Source: an uncultured delta proteobacterium (GTDB taxonomy: Bacteria > Myxococcota > Myxococcia > Myxococcales > Anaeromyxobacteraceae). Taken from it: a DNA stretch of 64,000 nt. The stretch is taken from positions 448,001 to 512,000 of the forward strand of contig CAVYBH010000012.1 in assembly GCA_963766715.1 (NCBI GenBank). Direction: 5' to 3'. Of the stretch, positions 63,449 to 64,000 are shown one piece after another (position 1 is the stretch's first letter; each line of letters opens with the position of its first letter). Below the pieces are notes generated by a model. It made no database searches, was not told where the DNA came from, and saw only the letters and a list, made by a program, of their open reading frames with translations. Both the position numbers and the translations under genes were made by a program.

Positions 63449-63989
63449 CTAGGAGAGCAGCAGGGCCAGGACCAGAGGGACGCCGACGAAAGCCAGGGCA
63501 AGAGCGATGGTCTCCACGACGGAGTGGAGGAAAGCGCCGCATCGAGAACAACGGGGCTTCCAGTAGGGATTGGGCATGGCGCAACGACGGCATTGCACGA
63601 CGCGACTCCGGAAAACGTCCCCCTGGACGCCGTCACCATCGCATGCGGCAGTGCGTGGCGCGAGGTATTTTCCGCCACGGCGCGTGGTGTCGGCCTAGAG
63701 GGGGCCGAAGGCTTGGCTCCCGGCGGCAGGCCGGGCGTTGCTCTCAAGGCCCTCCGGCCGTTCCATCGTTCCCAGGCGCCATGTTTGACGCGGCGGACCG
63801 GTCGTCTGGCTCGCCGCTTCCCGCGCCCGCGGCGGACGCCGCTTGATCCTCACTCGAACTTTCTGGCTGACGACACGATCCGTCGGCATTCGACACGTCG
63901 CACCGATTCGCTTCCTGGCTCAGCGCGACGCCGTGGGAGAGCCCCAGCACCAGGACCGCTCCGGCCACCAGCAGGCTAGTCGTCTTCAT
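63449..63989 (-). CDS. Exported hypothetical protein, possibly with a C-terminal TM anchor (extent uncertain)
   Basis: GGAG RBS and signal peptide MKTTSLLVAGAVLVLGLSHGVA; segment TIALALAFVGVPLVLALLLS* ends at 63449 in a different frame. Confidence 0.45.
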
Positions 63990-64000
63990 GTGGTTGCTCC

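Overview
Very GC-rich bacterial chromosome segment, most likely Myxococcota and Anaeromyxobacter-like (inferred from a CdbA-like RHH protein, gene content and codon style). The sequence carries many 1-2 nt indels that break even essential genes (tuf, rplD, rplR, rpsK, rpsD, rpoA, rplQ, rplS), which points to uncorrected long-read errors, so several gene ends are approximate. 1-8.7 kb: 2-oxoacid:ferredoxin oxidoreductase alpha/beta, a TPR lipoprotein, cdbA-like RHH gene with two nucleotide-sugar enzymes, mtgA, Fe/Mn SOD, mutY. 8.8-33.8 kb: str-S10-spc-alpha ribosomal super-operon lacking rplC and infA, running straight into rpsP-khpA-rimM-trmD-rplS, then an apparently dead SMC/Rad50-like protein, yraN and rsmI. 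33.8-51 kb: sigma54 two-component system, TPR lytic transglycosylase, HNH, J-like/HTH protein, RluA-family synthase, ABC exporter plus methyltransferase, speA, and an MscS plus two cation/proton antiporter operon. 51-64 kb: more accessory content, namely an orphan binding protein/TPR lipoprotein/molybdopterin enzyme operon, an unusual OmpA fusion, a CheB-CheR-PAS fusion flanked by two paralogous unknown proteins, and a cluster of lipoproteins including a delta-60 repeat protein. No rRNA, tRNA, CRISPR array or transposase was seen. Best leads: a three-way-junction RNA between rpsG and fusA, the pseudo-ATPase after rplS, the 51-55 kb operon, the paralogous unknown family at 56.3/60.5 kb, and repeated leaderless-type promoters.
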